Shown: positions 10,334 through 19,634, counted from the first letter of the stretch. The stretch: 46,243 nt of DNA from an uncultured Thermoplasmatales archaeon (GCA_964517155.1 CAZFAZ010000031.1:1-46243), one strand, 5' to 3'. Program-made: numbers and translations. Notes: generated from the letters alone by a model not told the origin.

Positions 10334-12273
10334 CAGATAAATTCAAACTTGTAACTGACATGAAACCAAAGGGAAGTCAACCTGATGCAATAAAAAAACT
10401 TGTTGAAGGGTTAAATAAAGGTATGCAGTATCAGACCCTCCTAGGAGTTACAGGTAGCGGAAAAACGTTAAGCATGGCGTTTGTAATCGAACAAATGCAA
10501 AAACCAACACTCGTTCTTGCACACAATAAAACACTTGCAGCACAGCTTTTCTCAGAATTCAAAGATTTTTTTCCTGAGAACCGCGTAGAATACTTTGTTT
10601 CATATTATGATTACTATCAACCAGAATCATATATTCCTGAAAAAGATCAATATATAGAAAAAGATGCAGATGTAAATCCAAAAATCGAGCAGATGAGACT
10701 ATCAGCAACAGCATCTGTTCTTGACAGAACAGACACAATAGTTGTTGCATCGGTCTCCTGTATATACAATGTAGGTGATCCCTCAGAATACAGGAACCTT
10801 GGCTATGAGATACGTAAGGATAAAAACACTACTCGCAATGAAATACTAGAACACTTTGTTGACATGCAGTATGAAAGAAATGATATGGATCTTAAATCAG
10901 GTCGTTTCAGAGTAAAAGGTGAAATAATCGATTTAATTCCCGGTTATTATGATAATATAATTAGAATTGAAATGTTTGATGATAAAATAGAAAAAATAAG
11001 AGAAATCGATAAAATTACAGGAGATGTAAAAGACGAATTTGAGTATCTTTATATTTATCCTGCAAAACATTTTGTAATCGGAGAAGAGAAAAGAAAAAAA
11101 GCAGTAGAATCTATAAAACAAGAATTAGAAGAAGTACTGCCAACTCTTGATATGTTTGAATCACACAGATTAAAGCAAAGAACGCTTTATGATATTGAAA
11201 TGATAGAAGAAACAGGTTTTTGCAAAGGAATAGAAAACTACTCCAGACATATGGACGAAAGAGCCCCTGGTGAAAAACCATTTTGTTTTCTTGATTATTT
11301 CCCAAAAGATTTTTTAATGTTTATAGATGAAAGCCACAGAACTATACCTCAGATTCATGGTATGCATCAAGGCGATTACTCCAGAAAAAAAACATTAATT
11401 GACTATGGTTTCAGATTACCAAGTGCTTTTGATAACAGGCCTCTTACTTTTGACGAGTTCAAAGAATATATGAGAAATGTTGTTTTTGTTTCTGCAACAC
11501 CGGGAAATTATGAACTTGGTATCTCCAATCAAATTGTAGAACAGATTATAAGGCCTACAGGACTCGTCGATCCTAACTGTGAGATAAGACCGATTAAAGG
11601 CCAAATATATGATTTAATCACAGAAATAAACAATACGATAAAACAAAAAAATAGAGTTCTTGTAACAACACTTACAAAACGCTTGGCAGAAGAACTCTCA
11701 GAATTTCTTGCTGAAAAAAACATAAAAACTCGTTATCTTCACTCAGAAATAGACACGCTCGAGCGCTCAGAAATAATAAGGCAACTCAGACTTGGAAAAT
11801 TTGACGTTCTCGTCGGGATAAATCTACTTCGTGAAGGAATAGATATTCCTGAAGTAGGTTTAATTGGTATTCTTGATGCAGATAAAGAAGGTTTTTTAAG
11901 AGACCAGCGAAGTCTTATACAAATCATTGGTCGCGCGGCAAGAAATGTAGATTCAAAAGTAATACTTTATGCCGATAAAATTACTGATTCAATAAAAAAT
12001 GCACTAGATGAGACAAACAGAAGAAGACACATACAGTTAGAATTTAACAAAAAACACAACATTACTCCTGAGACGATAATAAAACCTATCAAAGAAAAAA
12101 TAGTTGATGTAAAAGATATAAAACATATCCCTAAAAAAGATATACCAAACATGATAATAGAAATGGAATTACAGATGAGACAAGCAGCAGATGATCTTGA
12201 TTTCGAATCTGCAATAAAGCTGCGCGACAGAATAAACAAACTTAAACAAACAATTCAAAACCAGGTTTTTTAA
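10330..12273 (+). CDS. uvrB: Excinuclease ABC subunit B (probable non-canonical ATA start at 10330; first ATG at 10360)
   Basis: LGVTGSGKT, FVSYYDYYQPE, DESH and GRAARN motifs plus a C-terminal UVR domain. The in-frame upstream ADKFKLVTD matches the usual UvrB N-terminus. Confidence 0.96.
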   Translation: MADKFKLVTDMKPKGSQPDAIKKLVEGLNKGMQYQTLLGVTGSGKTLSMAFVIEQMQKPTLVLAHNKTLAAQLFSEFKDFFPENRVEYFVSYYDYYQPESYIPEKDQYIEKDADVNPKIEQMRLSATASVLDRTDTIVVASVSCIYNVGDPSEYRNLGYEIRKDKNTTRNEILEHFVDMQYERNDMDLKSGRFRVKGEIIDLIPGYYDNIIRIEMFDDKIEKIREIDKITGDVKDEFEYLYIYPAKHFVIGEEKRKKAVESIKQELEEVLPTLDMFESHRLKQRTLYDIEMIEETGFCKGIENYSRHMDERAPGEKPFCFLDYFPKDFLMFIDESHRTIPQIHGMHQGDYSRKKTLIDYGFRLPSAFDNRPLTFDEFKEYMRNVVFVSATPGNYELGISNQIVEQIIRPTGLVDPNCEIRPIKGQIYDLITEINNTIKQKNRVLVTTLTKRLAEELSEFLAEKNIKTRYLHSEIDTLERSEIIRQLRLGKFDVLVGINLLREGIDIPEVGLIGILDADKEGFLRDQRSLIQIIGRAARNVDSKVILYADKITDSIKNALDETNRRRHIQLEFNKKHNITPETIIKPIKEKIVDVKDIKHIPKKDIPNMIIEMELQMRQAADDLDFESAIKLRDRINKLKQTIQNQVF

Positions 12274-12320
12274 ACAGATAAAACATTTACTTTATCTAAT
12301 TGATTATTAGGGCGAGGTAA

Positions 12321-12917
12321 ATGAGCCATCTCAAAAAATATGGTTTAATGGGGACAATTAAAAGAGTCCGTATTAAAAAAAGACAAAAAACAAACAAAGA
12401 AGATGTTTATCAGATAAACAAAAAATCCAAAAGTAGTTCTAAGTATAGTAATGTCTCAAATAAAGATTTTTCTTACTCAGATTTTGGCTCTAACGATCAT
12501 TTATTCGAAGGAACAAGAATTAAAGACGAAGCTGAAAAACAAATAAAAACAAATGTTGAAAAAACAGAAAAAATAAAAGAAAAAACAGAAAAAAAAGTAA
12601 ATCCAAATCTAGTTTCTTTTGATCATGAAATAACTGATTTTGAAGTAAAACTGCATTATCTAAATCTAAGAGATTTAACTGGTAAAGAATATGGTCGATA
12701 TTTTCCACCAATCAGAAGTAATCTTGTTGTGATAGATGATGAAAAAAGAAAGTTTTCAGCAATTCGTGCAGGAAATAATCAAATCTCAGGAGACATAATA
12801 CAAATTATAAATGCAAACAATCTAAAACCAGGAAATATAATAAAAATAGAATATGATAATGAAGAAAGATCAGACCAGGGTAAAGCAATAATTCATTTAA
12901 AAATTAAAAAACAGTAA
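12321..12917 (+). CDS. Hypothetical protein with a low-complexity basic N-terminus and a possible B3/EcoRII-N-like DNA-binding C-terminal domain
   Basis: 198 aa with SD GCGAGGT. The C-terminal RYFPP...VVIDDEKRKF...NANNLKPGNIIKI resembles the B3 pseudobarrel pattern, judged by eye. Confidence 0.65.
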   Translation: MSHLKKYGLMGTIKRVRIKKRQKTNKEDVYQINKKSKSSSKYSNVSNKDFSYSDFGSNDHLFEGTRIKDEAEKQIKTNVEKTEKIKEKTEKKVNPNLVSFDHEITDFEVKLHYLNLRDLTGKEYGRYFPPIRSNLVVIDDEKRKFSAIRAGNNQISGDIIQIINANNLKPGNIIKIEYDNEERSDQGKAIIHLKIKKQ

Positions 12918-12970
12918 ACAATTTTTTTAAAACGAATTTTCTGTAATTCTTTTGTATGTAAATATTCGTT

Positions 12971-13060
12971 TTATAAATAGCATAAGTAATAACAATGCGG
13001 GCAACTCGCAAGAGGAACAGATAAATCAGCTGAACCTGCATTTCCGACCATTATAATCAT
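12971..13060 (-). CDS. Candidate 29-aa Cys-rich micro-protein or RiPP precursor, MIIMVGNAGSADLSVPLASCPHCYYLCYL
   Basis: Open from ATG 13060 to TAA 12971. A minus-strand AAGAAAAA-TATATATA (13100-13085) puts the TSS at about the ATG, i.e. leaderless. Divergent from the YcaO gene. Confidence 0.4.
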   Translation of the reverse strand: MIIMVGNAGSADLSVPLASCPHCYYLCYL

Positions 13061-13225
13061 AAGATACAATATATTGTGTTCTATTATATATATTTTTCTT
13101 TAATTATAATTAAGAGCTTTACCTAAAGAGCAATTTGTTGTAAAAAAGTAAACGAAGCCTATAAAATAGAAAATAAAATACATGATACTAACAATTCATA
13201 CAGAAGATAAGTGGTGTAAATTATT

Positions 13226-15145
13226 ATGACATGTCTAAAAGAAAAATTACTAAAAGATTATATTTTGAAAGACAGCATTAAAGATTACAAAGGATACAAA
13301 GTAAAACCACCAAAAGAAACTATAAGTAAAATCGAATCATCTTTTGAAAAAATAAATTTAAAAGTCAAATATACTCCCAACACAAATGTTGCTCTAAGAA
13401 AATATTATCCTTTCCAAATAGGTCAATCTGTGCTCTATCCCGAAGGCAAAGAAAATATAATTTTATTGAAAACAAACGGAAAAGGTGTAACTTCTATATT
13501 ATCAAGAGCTAGTGCTACTGCCGAATTAGTCGAGCGGTTTACAGGATATGGTCTTGCAAAGGGAAATATTAGGCATTATTTAGCATCAATGAAACAAAAA
13601 CAGATATGGATGAAAAAAAGAGAAAAAAACAAATTTTTAGAAGAAGAATTTGAATTTGCACCAATGGACATTAATGATTTTATAAAAGAGGAATTACTAG
13701 AAAAATACAAACATATGAAAAAATCAGTTTGTTATTCTCTTACTAACAAAAAGTTATTTTGTTTTCCCGAAGAATTCATAATAAATACCGTGGGCTCTAA
13801 TGGTCTGGCAAGTGGAAATACTTTTGAAGAAGCAACATTACATGCACTTTTTGAGGTAATCGAAAGACTTGGAGGAATGTATGTTTTAGATAACTTACCA
13901 GATGCAAAAAAAATTTCTAAAGATAGTATAACTCATCCAACAATTAAAAAGCTAATTGAGGTAATTAATTCAATAGGAGTAGAATTCGAAATGCTTGATT
14001 TTTCTTATATATTTAATATTCCTATGATTGTTACAATTTTTGATAACCCTGAATGGAATTTACCAGCTAATCCTTTTGGAATTACTACAAACATGAGATA
14101 TCCTAAAATGTTAATAGGCGTCGATACAGAGCCACAAGACGCAGCCATGCGATGTTTCACAGAATTTATTCAGGGGTCTTTCCCAATAAACTTTGCAATT
14201 CATAATGATACCGAGATAGCGAACAGATTTAAAACAGCAGATTTGCCTTTAAGCGAAAAAGCATATGATATGTTTAAAACCAGTATGATGTGGAGAGTGA
14301 CGGGTAACCAACCATTGAACATAGATTTAAGGAGTTTTTTGAATATTAAACGAAAAGAGATATCAATCAATGATATTCCAAGTTTATATGATTTAAACCA
14401 AAAAGTAGAAATTGATAGGTTAGTAAAAACTCTAAAAGAAAAAAATATAGAAGTTTTTGTACAAGACATTACAAACCCTTTTTTAAAATTCCCTGTATCT
14501 CTAGTAATTATCTCAGGAGGAAAAGATTATTTTTCACAGATGCCACTTACAGGATACAACAAGTTAATACTTAAAGAAAAAGATCAAACCATTAGATTTT
14601 CGATTCTAAGTGAGATATTTAAAAGAATTATCACTGGAAAATCCTTAAACGATTTACTTAGAGATGGAAACTGGTGCAAAGATCCAAATCAACAGGAATT
14701 AATAAGTTATGTCACAAGTGATCTCATATATTTTGGAGAATATGAAAGTTTAAGCGGTGTTTCAATTAACAAATTTTATTTTATTGGTATGTTGTATCTT
14801 AGACTTAAAAACTATGATCAAGCAAAAAAGTGTTTTGAAGCAGCATTATATGGTTCAATTAATAATATACCTGCCTTAATTGCATTGTCATATACTTATT
14901 CTAAAATGGGTAAAACTCAAGAAAGCACAGATATTAAAGATCATATAGAAACGATAAGCTCTGAACCAATTGATGTGAGCTTTTTCTTACAGAAAATGAA
15001 TGATCCAACAGTTGATCCAAATCCTTTTGAAATATGTGATTTTGAATGTTGTAAAAAAACTAAGCCAAAGCTTTGCGAAAATTGTTTTTTTAACTATGTC
15101 TCTGAAGATATTTTTATGAAAAATAAAATTGATGATTTATTTTAA
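13226..15145 (+). CDS. YcaO-like ATP-dependent backbone-modifying enzyme with C-terminal TPR-like helices and a Cys-rich tail
   Basis: NGKG..RASATAELVERF and SNGLASGNTFEEATLHALFEVIER ATP/Mg motifs. GMLYLRLKNYDQAKKCFEAAL is TPR-like. The tail reads CDFECCKKTKPKLCENC. Confidence 0.9.
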   Translation: MTCLKEKLLKDYILKDSIKDYKGYKVKPPKETISKIESSFEKINLKVKYTPNTNVALRKYYPFQIGQSVLYPEGKENIILLKTNGKGVTSILSRASATAELVERFTGYGLAKGNIRHYLASMKQKQIWMKKREKNKFLEEEFEFAPMDINDFIKEELLEKYKHMKKSVCYSLTNKKLFCFPEEFIINTVGSNGLASGNTFEEATLHALFEVIERLGGMYVLDNLPDAKKISKDSITHPTIKKLIEVINSIGVEFEMLDFSYIFNIPMIVTIFDNPEWNLPANPFGITTNMRYPKMLIGVDTEPQDAAMRCFTEFIQGSFPINFAIHNDTEIANRFKTADLPLSEKAYDMFKTSMMWRVTGNQPLNIDLRSFLNIKRKEISINDIPSLYDLNQKVEIDRLVKTLKEKNIEVFVQDITNPFLKFPVSLVIISGGKDYFSQMPLTGYNKLILKEKDQTIRFSILSEIFKRIITGKSLNDLLRDGNWCKDPNQQELISYVTSDLIYFGEYESLSGVSINKFYFIGMLYLRLKNYDQAKKCFEAALYGSINNIPALIALSYTYSKMGKTQESTDIKDHIETISSEPIDVSFFLQKMNDPTVDPNPFEICDFECCKKTKPKLCENCFFNYVSEDIFMKNKIDDLF

Positions 15146-17112
15146 ACTGTTTCATCAATCATAGGCATAAGTTGTTTATCTTTAAAACCACGTTGCTGCA
15201 TAGCACCCGACGGGCATGCTGCAACACAAGCACCGCAGCCCATGCAAAGTGCTTCATTTACTTTTGCATGTGATTTACCATCTTTTTCTTTTATAAGTTC
15301 TATCGCACTATACGGACAAACAGTAATACATGTTCCACAACCTGAGCAAAGATCTTCATCTACCCATGAAACTTGCGGCTCTGCTTCAAGCTCTTTTTTT
15401 GAAAGGATGTTTGCAGCACGAGCAGCCGCGGCACTTGCTTGTGCAACTGTATCCTGGATATCTTTTGGTGCTTGGCAGCATCCTGCAATAAATATACCAT
15501 TTGTAGCTGTATCAACTGGTTTGAGTTTTGGATGAGCCTCTAGTAAAAATCCATCTGCACCTTTAGATATACGCAGTATTTTTGCTATTTCATCTGAGTC
15601 TTTTCTGGCTACTAACGCAGGAACTAATACTACCATATCTGTTTTTGTTTCAAAAAGCTTATTTGTTGTTGTATCAAAGATATCAATGCTAAGGTAATCC
15701 TTCACAGGCCTAACTTCACTTGGCCTTCCCCTGAAAAAGTTTGTGTTTATGCCTCTTATTTTTCGATAAAATTCTTCGTATCCTTTACCAAAACTGCGGA
15801 TATCCATATAACAGATATTTAATTCTACATCATCACCAAGTTTTTCTTTTAAAAGATACATCTGTTTTAAAGCACTCATGCAACCTATGCGACAACACCA
15901 CGGGTTTTCTGTTTCATCACGACTTCCGACACATAAAATGTATGTAAGACTTTTTGGTTTTTCACCATTTGAAGGCTTTATTATTTCACCTGCAGTAGGC
16001 CCTGACGAATTAATCAAACGCTCCATTTGAAGACTTGTTATTACATCCGGTGATTTCAAATACCCTAGTTCATAAACAGATTCAGGGTTCATCATATCAT
16101 AACCTGTTGTTACAATAATTGCTCCAACTTTAACTTGTATTTCCTCATCTTTTTGTTTGAAATCAATAGCACCTGCTTGACATGCCTCTACACAAAGTGG
16201 CCCTGTTCCACATTTACCTTTTGTAAGCATAAGACAGTATCTTGGGTCAACTGTACATTTCAGAGGGACTGCCTGTGGAAACGGCATATAAATTGCACTT
16301 CTTTTACCCATGTTTTCATCAAAATCACTAGGGACATGCCCTTTCATTCGACAGGCATCTACACAATCCCCACATCCTGTACATTTATCTAAATCAACGT
16401 AACGTGCTTTCTTCTTGATTATAACAGTATAATTTCCAATGCTTCCATCTACTGACACAACCTCTGAATAAGTAAAAAGCTCTATATTTGGATGATTTGC
16501 AGCTTCCATCATTTTAGGTGTTAATATACATCCACTGCAATCAAGGGTTGGAAAAGTTTTATCAAGTTGAGCCATGCGTCCGCCAAGAGTTGGGCTCTTT
16601 TCTACAAGATAGACTTTATGGCCTTCTTCTGCAAGGTCAAGTGCGGACTGAATACCTGCTATTCCACCACCTATAACAAGTGCTTCAGGTGTAACATTTA
16701 TTTTTGATTTTACAAGTGGCTCTAAAAGCTTTGCTTTTGCAACAGCACCACGAACAAGTGCTTTTGCCTTCTCACTCGCTCTTTGTTTATCAGTATGCAC
16801 CCAGCTGCATTGCTCGCGAATGTTTGCAATTTCAAGGTTAAAAGCATTAATTCCCCCATCTTCTACTACACCTCGAAAAGTGTGTTCATGCATACGAGGA
16901 CTGCAGCAAGCAATTACAACTCCATCAAGTTTATTTTTTTTAATTGAATCCTTAATTAAGTTTGCTCCAACATCAGAGCACATATATTTGTAGTCTTTAC
17001 TTATAATAACTCCATCAAGGCTTTTTGCATAATCAACTAGTTTTTTGACATTAACAGTCTGTGAAATATTTATTCCACAGTGACAGACGAAAACACCTAT
17101 TTTGTTGCTCAT
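15142..17112 (-). CDS. hdrA: Heterodisulfide reductase subunit A (FAD/FeS, bifurcating)
   Basis: GVFVCHCGINI, CCSPRMHE, NIREQCSWVH, GGGIAG, DKTFPTLDC and ferredoxin motifs. Confidence 0.97.
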   Translation of the reverse strand: MSNKIGVFVCHCGINISQTVNVKKLVDYAKSLDGVIISKDYKYMCSDVGANLIKDSIKKNKLDGVVIACCSPRMHEHTFRGVVEDGGINAFNLEIANIREQCSWVHTDKQRASEKAKALVRGAVAKAKLLEPLVKSKINVTPEALVIGGGIAGIQSALDLAEEGHKVYLVEKSPTLGGRMAQLDKTFPTLDCSGCILTPKMMEAANHPNIELFTYSEVVSVDGSIGNYTVIIKKKARYVDLDKCTGCGDCVDACRMKGHVPSDFDENMGKRSAIYMPFPQAVPLKCTVDPRYCLMLTKGKCGTGPLCVEACQAGAIDFKQKDEEIQVKVGAIIVTTGYDMMNPESVYELGYLKSPDVITSLQMERLINSSGPTAGEIIKPSNGEKPKSLTYILCVGSRDETENPWCCRIGCMSALKQMYLLKEKLGDDVELNICYMDIRSFGKGYEEFYRKIRGINTNFFRGRPSEVRPVKDYLSIDIFDTTTNKLFETKTDMVVLVPALVARKDSDEIAKILRISKGADGFLLEAHPKLKPVDTATNGIFIAGCCQAPKDIQDTVAQASAAAARAANILSKKELEAEPQVSWVDEDLCSGCGTCITVCPYSAIELIKEKDGKSHAKVNEALCMGCGACVAACPSGAMQQRGFKDKQLMPMIDETV

Positions 17113-17114
17113 GC

Positions 17115-17987
17115 TTATTTGCCCCCTAAAGATAGTTTATCTACTGGACTTAAGTTTAAATCAAGACCAAGTTTATCAGAAGAAATTCCCATAGAAAGGC
17201 CAATTAATTGTGTAAGATAATAAACAGGCATCTGTAGTTTTGCAGCAACTGTTTCACCTGCTTTTATCTGTTTTGAATCATATTGTTTGTGACACCAGGG
17301 GCAGGTATCAACAAAGCAATCAAAACCTTGTTCTTGTACACTTTGAAGTTTCTGACCTGTTTTTGTAAGAGCAGATTCTGGCAGGTTTGCAGTTAAAAGT
17401 CCTCCACAGCAGTCAAGTTTTTCTGAGTAGTATTCTGGTTTCATACCAATTGTTTTTAAGATTTGTTCTATTTTTTGCGGATTTTCAGAATCATCAGAAC
17501 GCCCTATTTCACTAGGCCTTATTAAGTGACATCCATAGTGTGTTGCTGTTTTAACGTTTTTAAGTGGTTTTTTTACAGATTTTTTTATCTTTTCAATACC
17601 GACAACATCGTAAAGCATGTCAAGAATACTTAATACTTCAGAGCTACCATTATATGTTAATCCTTCATCTGCAAGTTTTTCGTTTATGCGTTTTTTCATA
17701 TCCGCATCTGTATCAAGAATTCTTTTTGCTTCAGTTAATGCTAAATGACACATTGGACATGGTGCAAAAATATCAAGATTTTCTTTTTCTGCAATTGCAA
17801 TGTTTCTTGCTGAAAGAGTAAGTGTAAGCATTTGATTAACACTTTTAAGGGGTTCTCCACAGCATGAAAAATCTTTAACATCTATCAGTTCGACATCAAG
17901 CTTTGGTAAAATTTCACGTATGCTTAGTTCATAAGCATATTGTTCTGTTGGCATTATACATCCAGGATATAGTGCAAATTTTTTCAT
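17115..17987 (-). CDS. hdrB: Heterodisulfide reductase subunit B
   Basis: Two complete CCG domains (PGC..CCG..CPMC and YGC..CCG..CPWC). Confidence 0.95.
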   Translation of the reverse strand: MKKFALYPGCIMPTEQYAYELSIREILPKLDVELIDVKDFSCCGEPLKSVNQMLTLTLSARNIAIAEKENLDIFAPCPMCHLALTEAKRILDTDADMKKRINEKLADEGLTYNGSSEVLSILDMLYDVVGIEKIKKSVKKPLKNVKTATHYGCHLIRPSEIGRSDDSENPQKIEQILKTIGMKPEYYSEKLDCCGGLLTANLPESALTKTGQKLQSVQEQGFDCFVDTCPWCHKQYDSKQIKAGETVAAKLQMPVYYLTQLIGLSMGISSDKLGLDLNLSPVDKLSLGGK

Positions 17988-18002
17988 ATTTTTAAACCTC
18001 CG

Positions 18003-18530
18003 TTAAACTTTTTCCACTGCTGATTTTGAAAGCATCATCTGAAATTTTGCAGGATCTGTTGGTTTTGATAGTTCTGGAAGTCCTAGTTCACTGCGATTTT
18101 TTGTTTTGTTATCTCTTGTTGTCACACTTTTTACGTCTTGAAGAAGGCCTATTGATAAAACCGACTGCAGCATTGCTGTGTAGTTTCCAGGTATTTGTTT
18201 TCCACTTGCAACTGCCATGTTTTTAAGTGCAAATAAAACATCTACTGGTGCTACTTTTTGTGGGCAGCGTTCTCTGCATTTAAAGCAGCTCATGCATGTC
18301 CAGATTACCTCTGAATTGACCATTTCATCAATTAGTCCTCTTTTTAAGAGAGCAATTATTTTATGAGGCTCCAACTCTAAAAGTTTATGTGCTTCGCAAC
18401 CAGATGTGCATTTTGCACACTGATAGCAATAGTCTGAAAATTCGTCTTTTAATTTAGAAAGTCTCTGATTAATTTCGTTTTTTATTGATATTTGTGATTC
18501 GCTCATTGATGTTAAATCTATTATACTCAT
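18003..18530 (-). CDS. hdrC: Heterodisulfide reductase subunit C
   Basis: CYQCAKCTSGC and WTCMSCFKCRERCP 4Fe-4S motifs. First gene of hdrCBA. Confidence 0.94.
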   Translation of the reverse strand: MSIIDLTSMSESQISIKNEINQRLSKLKDEFSDYCYQCAKCTSGCEAHKLLELEPHKIIALLKRGLIDEMVNSEVIWTCMSCFKCRERCPQKVAPVDVLFALKNMAVASGKQIPGNYTAMLQSVLSIGLLQDVKSVTTRDNKTKNRSELGLPELSKPTDPAKFQMMLSKSAVEKV

Positions 18531-18547
18531 TTAACAACCCCCAATAA

Positions 18548-18571
18548 TTAACATACGTTAACTATTTATAT
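18548..18571 (-). promoter_or_regulatory. hdrCBA promoter: TATA box followed by the operator TTAAC-ATAC-GTTAA
   Basis: Minus-strand TATAAATA at 18571-18564, palindrome at 18548-18561, then a G-rich SD-like stretch and ATG 18530. Confidence 0.6.
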
Positions 18572-18643
18572 TTTTACAAGTCTTTTATCTTAAATTCATA
18601 TTTAAAATCTACTAAAATTTAAAATTACGACTTCATCCTAAAA

Positions 18644-18829
18644 TTACTTTTTATTAACTTTATGGATATGAGTATCACCATTTTTAAAAACAATCCAGCG
18701 CAATTTGTCGCCATCTTTAAGTTTTAAAAGTTCAACAACCTCTGAAGGAACTGTAATTCTTCTTCTTGAACCCCTTATAGTCAAAGAGGTTTCGGTTATA
18801 CATAAAATTTCATCTAGTTCTACTTTCAT
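18644..18829 (-). CDS. AbrB/MazE/SpoVT-type swapped-hairpin DNA-binding protein
   Basis: RITVPSEVVELLKLKDGDKLRW motif, 61 aa. Confidence 0.85.
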   Translation of the reverse strand: MKVELDEILCITETSLTIRGSRRRITVPSEVVELLKLKDGDKLRWIVFKNGDTHIHKVNKK

Positions 18830-18876
18830 ATTTATTTCTTCCTATTACTTGAATATTAAACTACTTCTATATTAAA

Positions 18877-19634
18877 TTATATAAAAATATATGTACCTGA
18901 TATAAACGCCAATAATCCAACTAGAGTTGTAACTAGTTTCTTTGATTTAACTTTAGATAATAAATACGATCCAGTTAATCCGCCAAATCCTGCTCCTATA
19001 CATAATGGAATTAGTAGGTTTACATCTGGTATACTGTATCCACTTAAGAAATACCATGCAACAAATGAAGCAAAACATATGGGTGATTCAGCAAAGTCTG
19101 TAATTCCTATCGCCTTCTTTGCTTCTACTCCACTAGCTATATTTTGCCTGTTGATACTATTGGACCAAAGCCTCCACCACTAAGAGCTTTATTAAAAGAA
19201 CTTATAAGCCCGATCCCCGAAATCTTTTTCCATGAAAATTTAAATTTCCTCTTTGTTATTACAAGAAACCCCATTATGACACACAAAATTGCTATATAAA
19301 GTTTCAATGCAAATGCACTTATTATACTGCCAACAAATGCTCCAATAACTACTGCAAAAAGACCAAGTCCAAATATAACCCCTGCAATTTTTAAATCCTG
19401 TGACCCTAAAGAAAACGTAGCATTTTTGTATTTATGATGATGCACAGTTGCAAATAACCCGCCTATCACCTGTGATAACACCATAGAGGGAACTACAACA
19501 AATGCACTATAACCTGCTATAATTAGCACGGGACTCGATACAGTACCATACATCATTCCAAGTCCCGCATCAATAGCCCCCATTATGAAAGCAATTACTA
19601 TTGTTGCAACCAATAATAAAGTTATCTCAATCAT
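18877..19634 (-). pseudogene. TauE/SafE sulfite-exporter family gene split by a frameshift near 19140
   Basis: The N-half (GAIDAGLGMMYG..LSGGGFGPIV) stops at TAG 19139-19137. Another frame from 19140 continues IASGVEAKKAIGITDFAESPIC...GTYIFI* to 18877, about 250 aa in total. Confidence 0.85.

Noticed and set aside
12994-13042. Archaeal SECIS element (GAA...A around a 3-bp stem)
   Set aside because: The lower stem does not fit, and HdrA, MvhD and MvhA all have Cys with no in-frame UGA.
13100-13131. TTAATTATAATTAA palindrome and AAGAGC direct repeat in the YcaO promoter region
   Set aside because: AT-only or very short, so expected by chance at this composition.
19137-19139. Pyrrolysine read-through of the tauE amber codon
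   Set aside because: The same frame hits another TAG after three codons (CTA GTG GAG TAG), and homology continues in a different frame.
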